Assembly: GCF_963921235.1 (NCBI RefSeq)
Contig: NC_086097.1
Coordinates: 204,664,001-204,728,000, forward strand
Direction of reading: 5' to 3'
Length of the DNA stretch: 64,000 bases
From: Mobula hypostoma
Lineage: Eukaryota
Shown: one piece after another, positions 1 to 12,710 of the stretch
How positions within the stretch are numbered: position 1 is the stretch's first letter
How the letters are laid out: each line of letters begins with the position of its first letter
The notes under the pieces: model-generated
What the model saw: only the letters and a program-made list of their open reading frames with translations
The model's database searches: none
What the model was told of the DNA's origin: nothing
Position numbers and translations under genes: made by a program

Positions 1-2
1 CT

Positions 3-1364
3 AAGATACTCTCCACCCTCCTGTCCTTTTATCCCCCTCCCTTTCTTCCCCGGGGGGGTGTAACTGCACAGAAGCTGATTCAATGGGTGACTCACTTTCA
101 CGTAGCCCTTCACGAACCTCCAGTAGTAACCACAGAACTCGAGGAACGAGCGCAGAGTGTTCACAGTCTGGTGTCTTGGGCAGGTGGTAACCGCCTCTAC
201 CTTAGCTAGATCTGTAACTACTCCAAACCTTGAGACTACATGCCCAACATAGCTAACAGACATTTGGCAGAAATGGCACTTATCCAGGGAAAGTTTTAAC
301 CCTTCAGCTTTCAGGCAGCCCAGCACCTTCAGCAGCCTCACTTCATGTTCTTCCAAGGTGGATTCAAACACTAAGAGGTCATCCAGATACACCAATACCT
401 CACGCAAGTTCATATCCCCCACTGTTTTGTCCATGACCCGCTGGAAGGTTGCAGAGGCTCCCGGTATGCCCTGGGGCATCCTTTCAAACTGGAAGAATCC
501 CAGGGGACATATAAATGCCATCTTCTCTTCATCAGCCTCACTCATTGGGATCTGGTAATATCCACTCCTCAAGTCCAGCACACTGAACCACGTCGCACCA
601 CTCAGACAGGCCAGTGTGTCTTCAATCCTCAGGATCGTATACAGGTCAGGGACGATGCACCTGTTGAGAGTCCTATAGTCAACACACATCCGTACCTTCC
701 TGTTCTTCTTCTGGGCCACTACTATTGGGGAAGCATAGAGGCTTCGGGACTCAGTGATGACCCCAGCTTCTTTCAACTTACACAAATGTTGCCGCATGTC
801 TTCCACGTCTGCAAGGGCCAGTCTCCGCGACCTCGCTCTAAATGGGGTGTCATCGGTCACCCAGATAGTGTGATGAGTGCTCTTGGAACAACGCACGTCA
901 AACTCATCGGTGGAAAAGACACCTTCCAACTTCAGCATCTTCTCTTCTAACCTCCTTTTCCAACCCGCAGGAACCGGGCAGTCCCTGAAGTTGAGTGAAT
1001 CAGCAGTCGACATTCCCCCTTTTTCCAATAGTTTCTCACCAGCTTGTCTCACAGTGATATTTGACATTACCATCACCGGGAACAGGTGTGCCAGGGGTAT
1101 TCCCTGCTTGAAGGTGATCTCCCTCCTCGTAGAGTTCCTGACAATCACTGCCATCCTACTTGCCTGTACAACCGAGGGCTTTTGCAGTTTGGGGCTCACC
1201 AGTACCCCAGCAGGAAATCCCGACTCCCCCTTGTGGTCTTCTGGAGTGTCCACTAAGAGGGCCTCACCCTCAGGCACTCCAGGAAATTTGGAGATCTTTA
1301 TCACTCTCACTACTTCCCAGGGTCGTACCACCATTGGCTTCGAATGAGTGAACCACACAATCCC
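3..1364 (-). pseudogene. pol: Gypsy pol fragment (spacer + reverse transcriptase), open frame of at least 454 codons running off the window
   Basis: Hand translation gives YASPIVVAQKKNRKVRMCVDYRTLN, FSVLDLRSGYYQIPM, FERMPQG, VYLDDLLVF (YLDD at 378-389), KCHF and LRSFLEFCGYYWRFV. No stop occurs inside the window, so the ORF track omits it. An in-frame TGA at 1365-1367 separates it from the protease frame. Confidence 0.92.
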
Positions 1365-1850
1365 TCATCTAAATTCGGTATCCAGCTCAATGCAGCCATG
1401 CACTTCCTCAAAAACAACCCAAAACAACCCAGAACGCTCTCGCCAGCCTTCTCCTTGCAGGCCCCCATGAGCCTCCTCACAAGGGGGGCATTGATCCCCA
1501 CCAGAAATTGAAACGCTACCCTTCTCAACAGGGTCCAGACAAACCAGCACTAATGTAACGAGGACCTCAGACACTCCAACATCGGCCTCCGAGAACTCCA
1601 GCTTCACTGGCAAGTAACCATCGTATGGATAATCACTAGCACTAAGCCCCCAGATCTCCAGTGCCCTGAATGGTGTCAATGGTAAATGCTTCAGATACCA
1701 GTTGCAAAATGAACAGTATAACAAAGTGACCTGTGACCCAGTGTCGAGTATGGCTTTACATAAATACCCTCTATCCATAGCAACAGACTGGAGCATGGTC
1801 CCACCAAGCCTTTAGGAATTGGGCCGTTTGCTTTCGCAGGTTCCTTGGTA
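1365..1850 (-). pseudogene. Gypsy aspartic protease, frameshifted
   Basis: ORF 1365..1796 contains CKAILDTGSQVTLLY and YPYDGYL. Confidence 0.88.
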
Positions 1851-1899
1851 TATTGCTGGGAACGTGTTCCCCCAAAGACACCAGGCCGTTCACTCACTG

Positions 1900-3090
1900 G
1901 GTCTCCCCTAAGATTTCCCAATGACTCTCTCTGCTTAGGTACCTGGGGGCTCACTCTCCTTCTGCCGTGACACCTGCTGCCAGAAGCCTTCCGCATTGTT
2001 CATCCCTTTAGGGGATCTGCCCCTCCCCACCCATCAGCTCCATCAGATGGTGGGGTCACACCCGCTGATAACAGCTGAGACCTCTCTATTCTCAACTCTG
2101 CCACAATCTCCTCTACCGCTCCCTGGGGTAAGCTATCTGTGGTCACTTCACCGCAGGGGACCACGACCAAGGACTGTACCCTTTTGACAGAGGCCTCCTG
2201 CACCTCCGACGCATTGTCCTCCTCTCATGCCTCTCTGATCAGCTCAACAAAAGAAGGAGGGGAACGCGTCTTACAGGACTTTTGGAGACCCCAAGCAAAT
2301 CAAGTCCTGGGACTGGACACCCTTAGCTATCTGGTGCACACTTAACTGATCCATCTCAGCCGCCTGAATGGCCCCTTTGTGCTGCAAGCAATTTAGCTAC
2401 CTCTCTAGCCGAAAAATATAAGCAGAAAGCTTCTCCCCTTCTCCTGATGCATGTTCTGAAACCTTGCCATGAGCTCCATTGGGTTTCCTGTCGTGCCAAA
2501 AGCATTTTACATACGAGCACTGGAATCGCCCATAGTTGCTAGCAGATACGGTAACCTGATGGCTCTTACAACGTCAGCAGCCCGCCCACTCAAACTCTCA
2601 ACCAATCTCTTTTGCTTTACGTCATCAGAGCACTGCCACTCATCTAACAACTGAGAGGTCTGCTCTGCTCAAGTCTCATACTTCTCTTCCCGTTTAGGGA
2701 TGGGCTTCATTCCTGAGAATAGGCAGAGCCTACCATTGCTGGGACTTCGAACCTGGGCATTTTTCCATTTTTTCGCCAGAGAAGTAAGGACCGATACCAA
2801 CTCAGAATTCTCACTCTCCCTGGGGGACAGAGACTAATTAGAGATTCCAAATCCAACCACTCCTTCCTCTCACTCCTCAGAAACGATAGAACCCGGTCTT
2901 TGAAATCTCCGCCCCAGCCACTGCTATGTCAGCGCTGGCCTGCATTAAAACAAGAGCTGCGCCCGCCGTTTTACTAAACCTCCGCCAACATTCGCAACTT
3001 TAACAGTACTTAACAGGCGAATTAACAATTCATTTGGAGTACGAATAGCTACCCCACTGGTTTAATGCTCAGAGTAATCACACAGCATCC
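1900..3090 (-). pseudogene. gag: Gypsy gag with PNMA-like capsid domain, disrupted
   Basis: Minus-strand translation near 2560-2712: GMKPIPKREEKYET*AEQTSQLLDEWQCSDDVKQKRLVESLSGRAADVVRAIR. Confidence 0.8.
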
Positions 3091-3100
3091 AATGAAATCA

Positions 3101-3118
3101 ATCCTGGACAAGCCCCCA
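3101..3118 (-). promoter_or_regulatory. Primer binding site complementary to the tRNA-Pro 3' end
   Basis: Minus strand TGGGGGCTTGTCCAGGAT matches 16/18 to TGGGGGCTCGTCCGGGAT, and both mismatches are CpG transitions. It lies 4 nt inside the LTR end (..GGTTACA). Confidence 0.9.
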
Positions 3119-3122
3119 CAAT

Positions 3123-3672
3123 TGTAACCCTCAGGTTTAGCGAGCAGCTTCATCTCGGGGAAGACAGCCTCCGGCCCGGCCAAACCAGAAACTTTGTTTG
3201 GGTGGATGCTATGTGATGTGTTCCCCTGTTACAATTCAGTACCATGACATAACAAACAGTACACAATATTCAATTAAACAATTGAGTTTTATAATTCTTA
3301 ATTTGACTATGGGTTAGTAAAGAAACAAAAAAGAAAAAAGGGCCCATTCTCATGAAACAGTCTAATGCGCAACGTTGGAGCTCACGGTTTTCCCATCTAT
3401 TCATTCTCCATTGATTTTCTCCTCCGGTGCCGACTTCCAACCTCACTCCAAGTCCACTCCATCCTACAGACTTCCCGTTCTGGCATCTTCTCTCTCAATC
3501 TTCCACTGAACAAAAGACTGCAAAACCTTCGCTTGGGCACACGAGAAGAAAAAAAAATCTCCCCTCATCGGCCAGCGCACATTCCAAAGTCCCCGTTATC
3601 TCTAGTCATAACCCAAACTCTGCTGCTACAGAGAAACCATTACATTAGCATGAAACATTACAGTGCATTATA
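3123..3672 (-). repeat. 5' LTR of the Gypsy element (outer boundary approximate)
   Basis: Ends ..GGTTACA next to the PBS. Its 3' part resembles the solo LTR at 31631-32323. Confidence 0.75.
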
Positions 3673-3919
3673 CTTACATAAATGCCATCCTTTCTTTTCC
3701 TTATCTTAACTTTGTTGCTACAGTGATCAAATAGACAACACTACATTTATATTCTTAATTCTAAGTGATTGCTTGGCTAGAATGTTTTCCACCTCATTTC
3801 CTTCAATCACCAACATTGGCAGTGACTCATAAGAAATGAATACACAAGCCTAGACCCTGCAGCCTCAACATATGTTGCTCAATCTCAACAAGAATTCTTG
3901 GCCTACAATTTGAAATACT

Positions 3920-5098
3920 GGTTTTTCTGGTCAGTGCTATCTGTCCATACAGTAACATTTTTTACATCCACTGTGATAAGGTGCTTTGAGATGTTATATA
4001 TGAAACACATCAACAACCGCCTGAGAACCAACTTGGATCTGCACCAATTTGCCTAATGTCACAAGAAGTCCACAGCACATGCCATTTCATTGGCTCTTCA
4101 CTCAAACCTGGAACATCTGAACAGCAAAGGTGCGTACATCAGGATGTTCTTTATCAACTACAGCTCGGCATGCAATACTATCATACCGCTGTCATTGAAT
4201 GAGTCGAAGGTGGTGACAAATTAGTACATAAGAGGGAGGTCGAAAATCTGGCTGATTGGTGCCAACAACCTCTCACACAATGTCAGCAAGACCAAGGAAC
4301 AGAGTATTGACTTTAGGAGGAGGAAACTAGAGGTCCATGAACCAGTCCTCATCGGGAGTGATCGAGGAAGAGAGGGTCAGTAACTTTATTCCTGAAGATT
4401 TGCCCTGAGCAAAGCATGTAAATGCCATTACAAAGCAAACACAGCAGTGCCTCTACTTCCTTAGAAGTTTGCAAAGATTCGGCCTGACATCTAAACCTTT
4501 GACAAACTTTTATTCATGTATGGTGAAATGTATATTGACTGGTTGCATCATGGAACCACCAATGCCCTTGAATTGAAAATCCTATAAAAAAAATTCAGGA
4601 TTCGGCCCAGCCCTTCCCGCTAATGAGCACATCTACACAGAGAGCTGTCAGGGGAAAGCAACATCCATTATCAAGGACCCCCACCACACAGGCTATGCTC
4701 TCTTCTCACTGCTCCCATTAGGTGGAAGTTTCACGATGCACAGAACCACACAAGCAGGTTCAGGAAGTTGTTACCCCTCAACCATCAGACTCTCCAACCA
4801 GAGGAGATAACTTCACTTGCCCCATCACTGAAATGTTCCCACTACCTAATTCTCACTTTCAAGGACTCTTCATCTCAAGTTCTCGATATTCATTATATTT
4901 ATTATATATTTTTTCTTTTTTGTATTTGCACAGTTTTTTGTCTGTTGCACATTGGCTGTTTGTCTGTCCTGTGGGGTACTGTTTTTCATTGTTTCTATTG
5001 TGTTTTTTTGGATTTACTGTGCATTCCCACAAGGAAACAAATCTTGGGATGGCGGCATTTACAGTATGCACTTTGATAATAGATTTACTTTGAACTTT
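3920..5098 (+). mobile_element. Rex1/Babar-type LINE, 5'-truncated and decayed
   Basis: RT remnants (HQFA*, AYIRMFFINYSSA, KTKE..DFRR) followed by a T/G-rich 3' UTR ending tttactttgaacttt. Confidence 0.8.
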
Positions 5099-5199
5099 AA
5101 TAGATTTCAAAACCGAGAATCAATCAGACCACAGTAGTATATAATCAGGAGGTACTTCTTCAACCTATTCCAAGGCTAAAATAAAATTGAGCTCAAATT

Positions 5200-7375
5200 G
5201 AAATTTGATAGGGAGGAAGTAAAGTCTGATGTAGCAGTATTTCAGTGGAGTAAGGGAAGTTACAGTGGTGTGAGAGAGGAGTTGGCCAGAGTAAATTAGA
5301 AGGAGCTGCTGGCAGGGCTGTCACCTGAGCAGCAATGGCATGCATTTCTGGGAAAAATGAGAAAGGTGTAAGACATGTATATTCCAAAATTGAAGAAATA
5401 CTCAAATGGTAAAATAGTACAACCATGGCTGACAAAGGATGTCAAAACAATTGTAAAAGCAAAAGAAAGGGCACACAACAAACAAAAATTAGTGTGAAGA
5501 TAGAGGATTGGGAAGTTTTTAAAAACCTACACAGAGCATCTAAAAAATTTATTAGAAGGGAAAAGATGAAATATGAAAGCAAGCTAGCAAATAATATTGA
5601 AGTGGATAGTAAAAGTTTTTTCAAGTATGTTAAAAATAGAGAGATGAGAGTGGATAAAGGACCTCTAGAAAATGAGGCAGGAGAAATAATAACAGGGGAC
5701 AAGGAAGCAGCTGATGAACTAAATAAGTATTTTACATCAGTCTTCACTGCGGAAGACACTAGCAGTATGCCTGACGTTGTCGTGTGTGAAGGAAGAGAAG
5801 CGGGTGCAGTTACTAGTACAAGTGAGAAGGTGCTCATAAATCTAAAAGACCTAAAGGTACACAAGTCACCCGGACCAAAGGAACTGCACCCTGGGGTTCT
5901 GAAAGAGGTAGCATTAGAGATTGTGCCAGAGGACTGGAAAATTGCAAATGTTACTCCACTCTTTAAGAAAGGAGGAAGGCAGCAGAAAGGAAATTATAGA
6001 CCAGTTAGCCTGACCTCAGTGGTTGGGAAGATGTTAGAGTCAATTGTTAAGGATGAGGCGATGGAGTACATGGTGACACAGGACAAGATAGTACAAAGTC
6101 AGCATTGTTTTCTTTCAGGGAAAATCCTGCCTGACGAACCTGTTGGAATTCTTTGAGGAGATTACAAGTAGGACAGATAAAGGGGATGTAGTGGATGTTG
6201 TATATTTGTACTTTCAGAAGGGCATTGACAAGGTGACACACATGAGGCTGCTTACCAAGTTAAGAGCCCATGGTATTAAAGGTTACTAACATGGTTAGAG
6301 CATTAGCTGATTAGTAGGAGGCAGAGAGTGGGAATAAATGGATCCTTTTCTGGTTGGCTGCCAGTGACTCATGGTGTTCCGCAGGGGTTGATGTTGGGAC
6401 CGCTAATTTTTATGCTGTATATAAATGATTTAGATGATGGAATAGATGGCTTTGTTGCCAAGTTTGCAGATGATACGATGATTGGTGGAGAGGCAGGTAG
6501 TGTTGTGGAAGCAGGTATGATGCAGAAAGACTTAGATAGATTAGAATAGGCAAGATAGTGGCAAATGAAACACAATGTTGAAAAATGCACGATCATGCAC
6601 TTTGGTAGTAGAAATAAATGTGCAGGCTATTTTCTAACCAGGGAGAAAATCCAAAAATCTGAGATGCAGAGGAACTTGGGAGTCCTTGTGCAGAACACCC
6701 TGAAGGTTACCTTGCAGGTCGAGCTAGTGGTGAGGAAGGCAAGTGTCATGTTAGCATTCATTTCAAGAGGTCTAGAATACAAGAGCAAGGATGTAATGCT
6801 GAGGTTTTATAAGACACTGGTGAGGCCTCACCTTGAGTATTGAGAACAGTTTTGGGCCTCTCATCTAAGAAAAGATGTGCTGGCATTGGAGAGAGTCCAG
6901 AGGAGATTCACAAGGATGATTCCAGGATTGAACAGATTATCATACAAGGCACGTTTGATGGCTCTGGGTCTGCACTCACTGGAATTCAGAAGGATGAAGG
7001 GGGATCTCAAATGTTGAAAGGCTTAGACAGAGTAGATGTGGAAAGGATGTTTCCCATGGTGGGTGAGACAAGGACAAGAGGGCACAGCCTCAAGATAGAG
7101 GAGCACCCTTTCAAAACAGAGATGTGGAGAAATTTCTTTAGCCAATGGGAGGTGAATTTGTCGAATTTGTTGCCACATGCAGCTGTGGAAGCCAGGTTGT
7201 TGGGTGTATTTAATGCAGAGATTGACAGGTTCTTGATTGGACATGGCATCAAAGGTTACAGGGAGAAGGCCGAGAACTGGGGTTGAGGATGAGAAAAAAA
7301 AAAGGATCAGCAATGATTGAATGGCAGAGCAAACTCGATGGGCCAGATGGCCTCGTTCTGCCCCATGTCTTATAC
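5200..7375 (+). mobile_element. CR1 LINE ORF2 (RT), 5'-truncated and disrupted
   Basis: KSPGP..LHP..LKE, EDWKIANVTPLFKKG..NYRPVSLTSVVGK, GVPQG..LGP, KFADDT, LVRPHLEY, TRGHSLK, and a CR1-type 3' tail. Confidence 0.95.
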
Positions 7376-7479
7376 TGATACTGTCTGATCTTTTAATTGT
7401 CACCTGAAACTTTGGAACAAAAAACACCTGAACAACCAGACATGGGATCTTTTGAACTATCTATGTAGATATGTAAGAA

Positions 7480-8020
7480 GCCACAATATCTCCCTTGCAT
7501 ATATTGCTGAATTTCGTCCCACTGACATACGATCATTCTTCATTTTGATATTTTATATCAACTACAGGCAAAGGGAAAAGCCATGGACGAGTGATAGAAA
7601 GGGGCACACATGGTCTATAATTCACATTAAGCAACCCAAGACTTTGTCCCTATTCATTTCCTATCCATTTGTCATAATTGGATTGATATCAGAAACCGGT
7701 CCACATTCAAAACACAACAAAAACTGAAGCTCTTCCTTCTTTTATTTAACTCCTGTCTACTGCCTTCATCACTGGATGACAAGTGATTGCAATCCTCAAA
7801 TGGCTGCTTATTTTTCCATTTCCCAGAAACTTGCCATTTTCCTTCCACCAGACCCTATTTCCCAATACTTTCTCCCATCCTCTACCTGTCTTCTCTATTA
7901 CCTCCTGGCATCTCTATATCCATTCCTGCCTGAGAACTACTCTCAACAGTAGGCTCAGTCCTTTGCTCCAACCAACTCCCTGAGCAAGCTGCCAACCTCA
8001 AAGCAGTCAAGAGCCGTACT
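7480..8020 (-). mobile_element. Internally deleted second Nimb/I-group LINE copy (5' end joined to a 3' ORF2 piece)
   Basis: 7690-7975 aligns by eye with 13410-13534 plus 15227-15400. 7565-7670 aligns with 8152-8255. Confidence 0.65.
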
Positions 8021-9140
8021 TTCTGCTTTATCTTCTTGTAAAGTTTAATGGTGGTTGGCAGACAAGCACAAGGTGCAATACTGCCACCTATAGAGTCGGA
8101 GTATGCAGCATGGAGCAAAGAGACAGGAAATACATCCACTAAATTCTCCCCACAGGCAAAGAGAACAACCATGGAAGACTGACAGAAAGTGGCACACTGG
8201 GACCATAATCCACATTAAACAACCCAAGATTTTGTGCCTATTCATTTCCCATCCACCCAGCACCAAAGACCTTAAAAATATAGTGCTCCCAATATTCTAT
8301 CAATGTTGCCAATGTTGGATGACCAATTTGAAGTCCTCTTACGTTAACCCAATAAACCATTGCTAACTGCAACCTATAAGCTGTACAGGTACTTCACCCA
8401 CCTCTACCAGTAATGCCAACTTTGGGGATGATTTAATAGCACCACAACATAATTTCAATGCTTGAGTTGGAAATTTATCCAAGGGCCTTAAGAACACTGG
8501 TGAGGCTGACCCATAAGCAACGCATCCATAATCAAAGACAGATCTGATTAAAACAATATAAATTTGTTTATGTGAGCTCCTACTCACACCCCAATAAACG
8601 TCTGAGAACATTAGGACTTTTTTTTTTTAAAACACTTCTCTAGATCTTTATTCACATGCACCTTCCATGGTAGCCTTTTATACATCCACATACTGAGAAT
8701 CTTTACCTCTGACCCTTCCTTAAGTGTTTTACCATATAACTTGAGATTGATTGTGGGTATAATTTCCTTTTAGGAAGACAAATAACTTCGGTCTTTGCAA
8801 CAGAACATTTAAACCCCCACTGATATCCCCATTCCAGTGCTTCGTCAACAGCTGCCTGCATTTTCCTAACTACTGTATATAATTTATATTCCTGCCTTTC
8901 TTCCACAATGCACCATTATCAGCATACAATGATTTGGAAATGTCTGAGCCAAGATTTAAGAAAATATCATTAATTATAATATTAAACAGGGATGGGCAAC
9001 ACTCACTCCCCTGTGAAGTCCCATTCTCTATCTCGTACTCTTTAGGGAATGTTATTCCCACCCTAATTTGTATCTTCCTATCAAATAAAAAATCTTGAAT
9101 CCACTTGAACATTCTATGAGCTATTCCGATCTTTTCCAGT

Positions 9141-9953
9141 TGTGATGAAAAACTGTTATCAGAAGATTGATGCTGATGAGAGAGATAAGGGAGACAATGG
9201 AGAAACATTCAAAATGCTAATAAGAGAGAAGAGAGAGATTAACAAGAAAGAAACACATTTCAGATATTGACAGACCGATTGCTTTGAACCTGAACTGTTT
9301 GAAGTTTGATGGACAGGCAATACCTCAGCAGGGGGATAAAAAGAACAGGTTCGCTAAGGCAAGACACACCACGAGATCACAAGACCCTGGAAGAGTGGTG
9401 TGCCCCCACAAGTTGGTGAGAGTTGGAGGTCTGGTTTGAGGGAACCGACCATAGACTGACAGGGTGAAAATGGATGATCGGTGGGAACCTGGTGTGTGTG
9501 TCCGCCCTTGCCTGGGTGCCGGGTTCACCGCGGAAGAACGGTCGTATCCAGAACGGAGGGGTCACGGTCGATGACCACAGAAGACATAAAAGGGTTCGCC
9601 CGACAGCTAACTGTGAAGAACATCAAAGGTCTGTTTGAATCAAAATTTGCATTCTCTCTCTCCAATGGCACAACAGCAATTACTGCGAACTGTACTAAGC
9701 TGAACTGAACTCTGCGTCACTTGAGACTGATCATTTTACCCCTAGACTGCGATAGAGCTAGGTTGATTCCTGTCACCCTAGTTCTGTGCACATGTGTGTT
9801 TTATCATTGCTAACCTGTTGCATTTATATCCCTACAATTAGTGTACTGTGTTGCTTATTTCTGTAATAAAACTTTATTAGTTTCTGTTAACCAGACTCCA
9901 ACTAAGTGGTCCATTTCTGCTGGTTTGGCAACCCAGTTACGGGGTACGTAACA
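9141..9953 (+). mobile_element. Solo LTR (Gypsy-like, 4-bp TSD) inserted in the Nimb RT
   Basis: TGTGATG..CGTAACA termini, AATAAA near 9865, and TSD cagt (9137-9140 and 9971-9974) with a 17-bp junction duplication. Removing it rejoins the RT peptide GLLLKL-EKIGI. Confidence 0.88.
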
Positions 9954-12200
9954 CCGTTTAAGCAGTAACACAGTTTAAGCAGCAATCCTTGTGTCCAGAA
10001 CATATCATAAGTTTTCTCTACATCTAAGAAAACTGCCACCACAGACTCTTTATTAACTTGGGCTTTATGAATATCAGATTCCAAACTTAACACCAAGTCC
10101 AGGTTATGCTCCCTTTACGAAATCCAGATTGGTATACAGCTAAATTTTCACAACTTTCCATATAGGTATAACAACTGCTAATTTCCAAGAAGCAGGAAGT
10201 TCTCCATCAACCCATATTGTATTAAAGAATTTCAAAGCCAATGTAAGTTTCAAATCTCATAACTGTGTAAACATATAATAAATATAATCTTTCCCAGTTG
10301 ACATCTGACCAGCATCAATAATACCCCTTTTAAGTTCAGGCAATGTGAACTCAACACTCTAAGCAGAACTAGAACATTATGTTTTTCTCAGCAATCCAAG
10401 GATTGCTTTCCAAAGCAGTTTCTCTATAAGACCTCTCTTATTTACTTAAATTGGCTGAACTATGTACACTGACATATGTTTTTGCTCATAATTCTGCTTT
10501 CTCAGAGTCAAGAGCTGCAACCTTCTCCCCACCATAAAAATGGTAATATATCAAGTTTTCTAACTCCCATTTTCTGTATCATTCCCCAAACTTCTCTTAC
10601 CTATGCTACCACAGTACATTCTCCAACACATTTTCTTTGTCCTTCTGACTACTTTTCTAACTATAGCTTAAGGTGTTCTATATTGTGTGAAAGATAAATA
10701 GGAGCAACACTACTTAACTTTCCTAAAAAGCTTTATTCCACTCCTTCACAGCATTTTTACATTCATCCATCCACCAGGGAACATCTTTCATTTTATTATC
10801 TCCCAACGATCTGGGAATTGATTCTTCAGTTGAGTACAGAGCACAAGGTATTATTATTCAACTTGATATCCTCCAAAACCAAATGATGAGGAAATGTACT
10901 TTCACATAAATCATCTAGTACATCCTACTTTGCATTTATAAAATTCCATCTGGGGAAATGAGAACCTTTCCTCTGATACACACATGTTCCCATTGTACAG
11001 ATAATGGGGAAATGATCACTACCCACTGTTGTATCATTATACACTTCGCAGTTACACACACCTGTTCTATCCTCAGATGCCAGTGTAAGGTCCTTATCAA
11101 AGTCAGTGTTGCTAAATAGATTTTTCCTTGTACTCCTACCTTCATTCAAACACACTAAACACTTTACTTCCAGAAAATCTTCCACTACCATTCCATTTAC
11201 ACTTGTGCTATTACAACACATAGTACTATGAGCATTTAAATCCTTACACCATATAACCTTATTTTTCCCAGTTCTACATACTTCCCAATATATCAGATGT
11301 TAACCTTTCATGAGGATTATAAATAACTATTAACTGTACTTTACTATTCTTTTCCCAAATTTCAACCACAACTGACTCATAAGCAACCCCAATCTCCATA
11401 ATGTTATGTGTTAACCCATTTTTTGTCAACAGTAGCTACTCCTACTCCATTACTCATCTTTCAATTGTGCCTTATATCAATGTAGCCTTGTAGCTAAAAA
11501 CTTAGGCAAGGTTTAAACTAAATTTCCTGTACACAAATAATATCAGGTTTATTTAGCAAATCTTCAGAAAAAATCCTAAACTCTTGACTGTTAGCTACCC
11601 GCTTCTAGGATTCCATTGTAAGATTAGAAAAACTATTAACAACCCTCCTTTGAAGTCTGAACATTATTTACACCTCTTTGTAAGGCATCACTAATAACTT
11701 AGAGAGTCAAGTCTTTTATCTCTAGATGTTTATTTTCTGCAGCTGTTAATATAATTTTAAGTTTTATTTGTCCTTTTAGTTTGTGCTGTACAATTTACCA
11801 CATCTGCCCCATGAATCTGACCCCCTTTTAGTTTACCAATAATCAGCAAATCCTTTGTTATACATTCATGAACCTTACACATTGTCTTTAAACTATCTGA
11901 ATTCTGGATATTAACAGGTCCTATTGACACTGTCTTCTGAACTTTCTGCAGAGCCTCAGCATATGATATGCCCATTTCCATCCAGAGAGGCTGCACTTCC
12001 ACAGCTTTCTTAAATACAGGACAACCTGGATAAGCAAGCTTCGTTCTCCTTCAAAATTTCTTCAATTTAACCCTTCTCCACAATGGCCATAATTATGTTT
12101 TCCACCACATCGACCACACTGCTTTTTACCCTTACACAACCAGACTTCTGGCATTGAAAACATCTTGGAGGGGGCAGTACCTAGATTCAAACCATATAAC

Positions 12201-12478
12201 TCATATAACCTAAATTGACTTTATCTGTCAACTTTTTTTAAAGCATCAAATTTAATCAACACTGATAAACTATCTGTTCTAACTCCACTAGGAAATCCTT
12301 TTGAATGTTTAGTGTCCACAACTTTTACTGCCATTAAATCATATAACCTAAATTAACTCTATCCAGCAACTTTTATTTTACATCAAAGATTATCAGTGTT
12401 GATTAAATATCTGTTCTAACTCCATTAGGAAACCTTTTTAAATATTTAGAGTCCACAACTTTTACTACTACTAAATCA
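12201..12478. repeat. Diverged tandem duplication, 138-bp period, inside Nimb ORF1
   Basis: tcatataacctaaatt..tatctgttctaactcca..gtccacaacttttact starts at both 12201 and 12339. Confidence 0.9.
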
Positions 12479-12710
12479 TTTTTAAATTGGTCAATGGATA
12501 CATCTGGAGGTACTCCAGAGATTACTTCCAAAGCCATTGTCATTCAATTTAATTTCTTAGTGCTTCTTTCCTTCCTCCCATAGCTTTTAACTCCAAAGCT
12601 TCCTCACATTGCTTACTATCTTTACAAAACACTACCAGTGTTCCACCTCTTAAAGGTTTGGAGCCTACAATATCTCCTAATGCTCTTTTTTCTTCAAATC
12701 ATTAGTCTAA

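Larger units (their letters stand above)
1..3672 (-). mobile_element. Gypsy/Ty3 LTR retrotransposon (5' LTR-PBS-gag-PR-RT), continues beyond the left edge
   Basis: Minus-strand order is LTR, tRNA-Pro PBS, gag, aspartic protease (AILDTGSQVTLL), RT (YLDD). Gag and protease carry stops or frameshifts. Confidence 0.95.
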
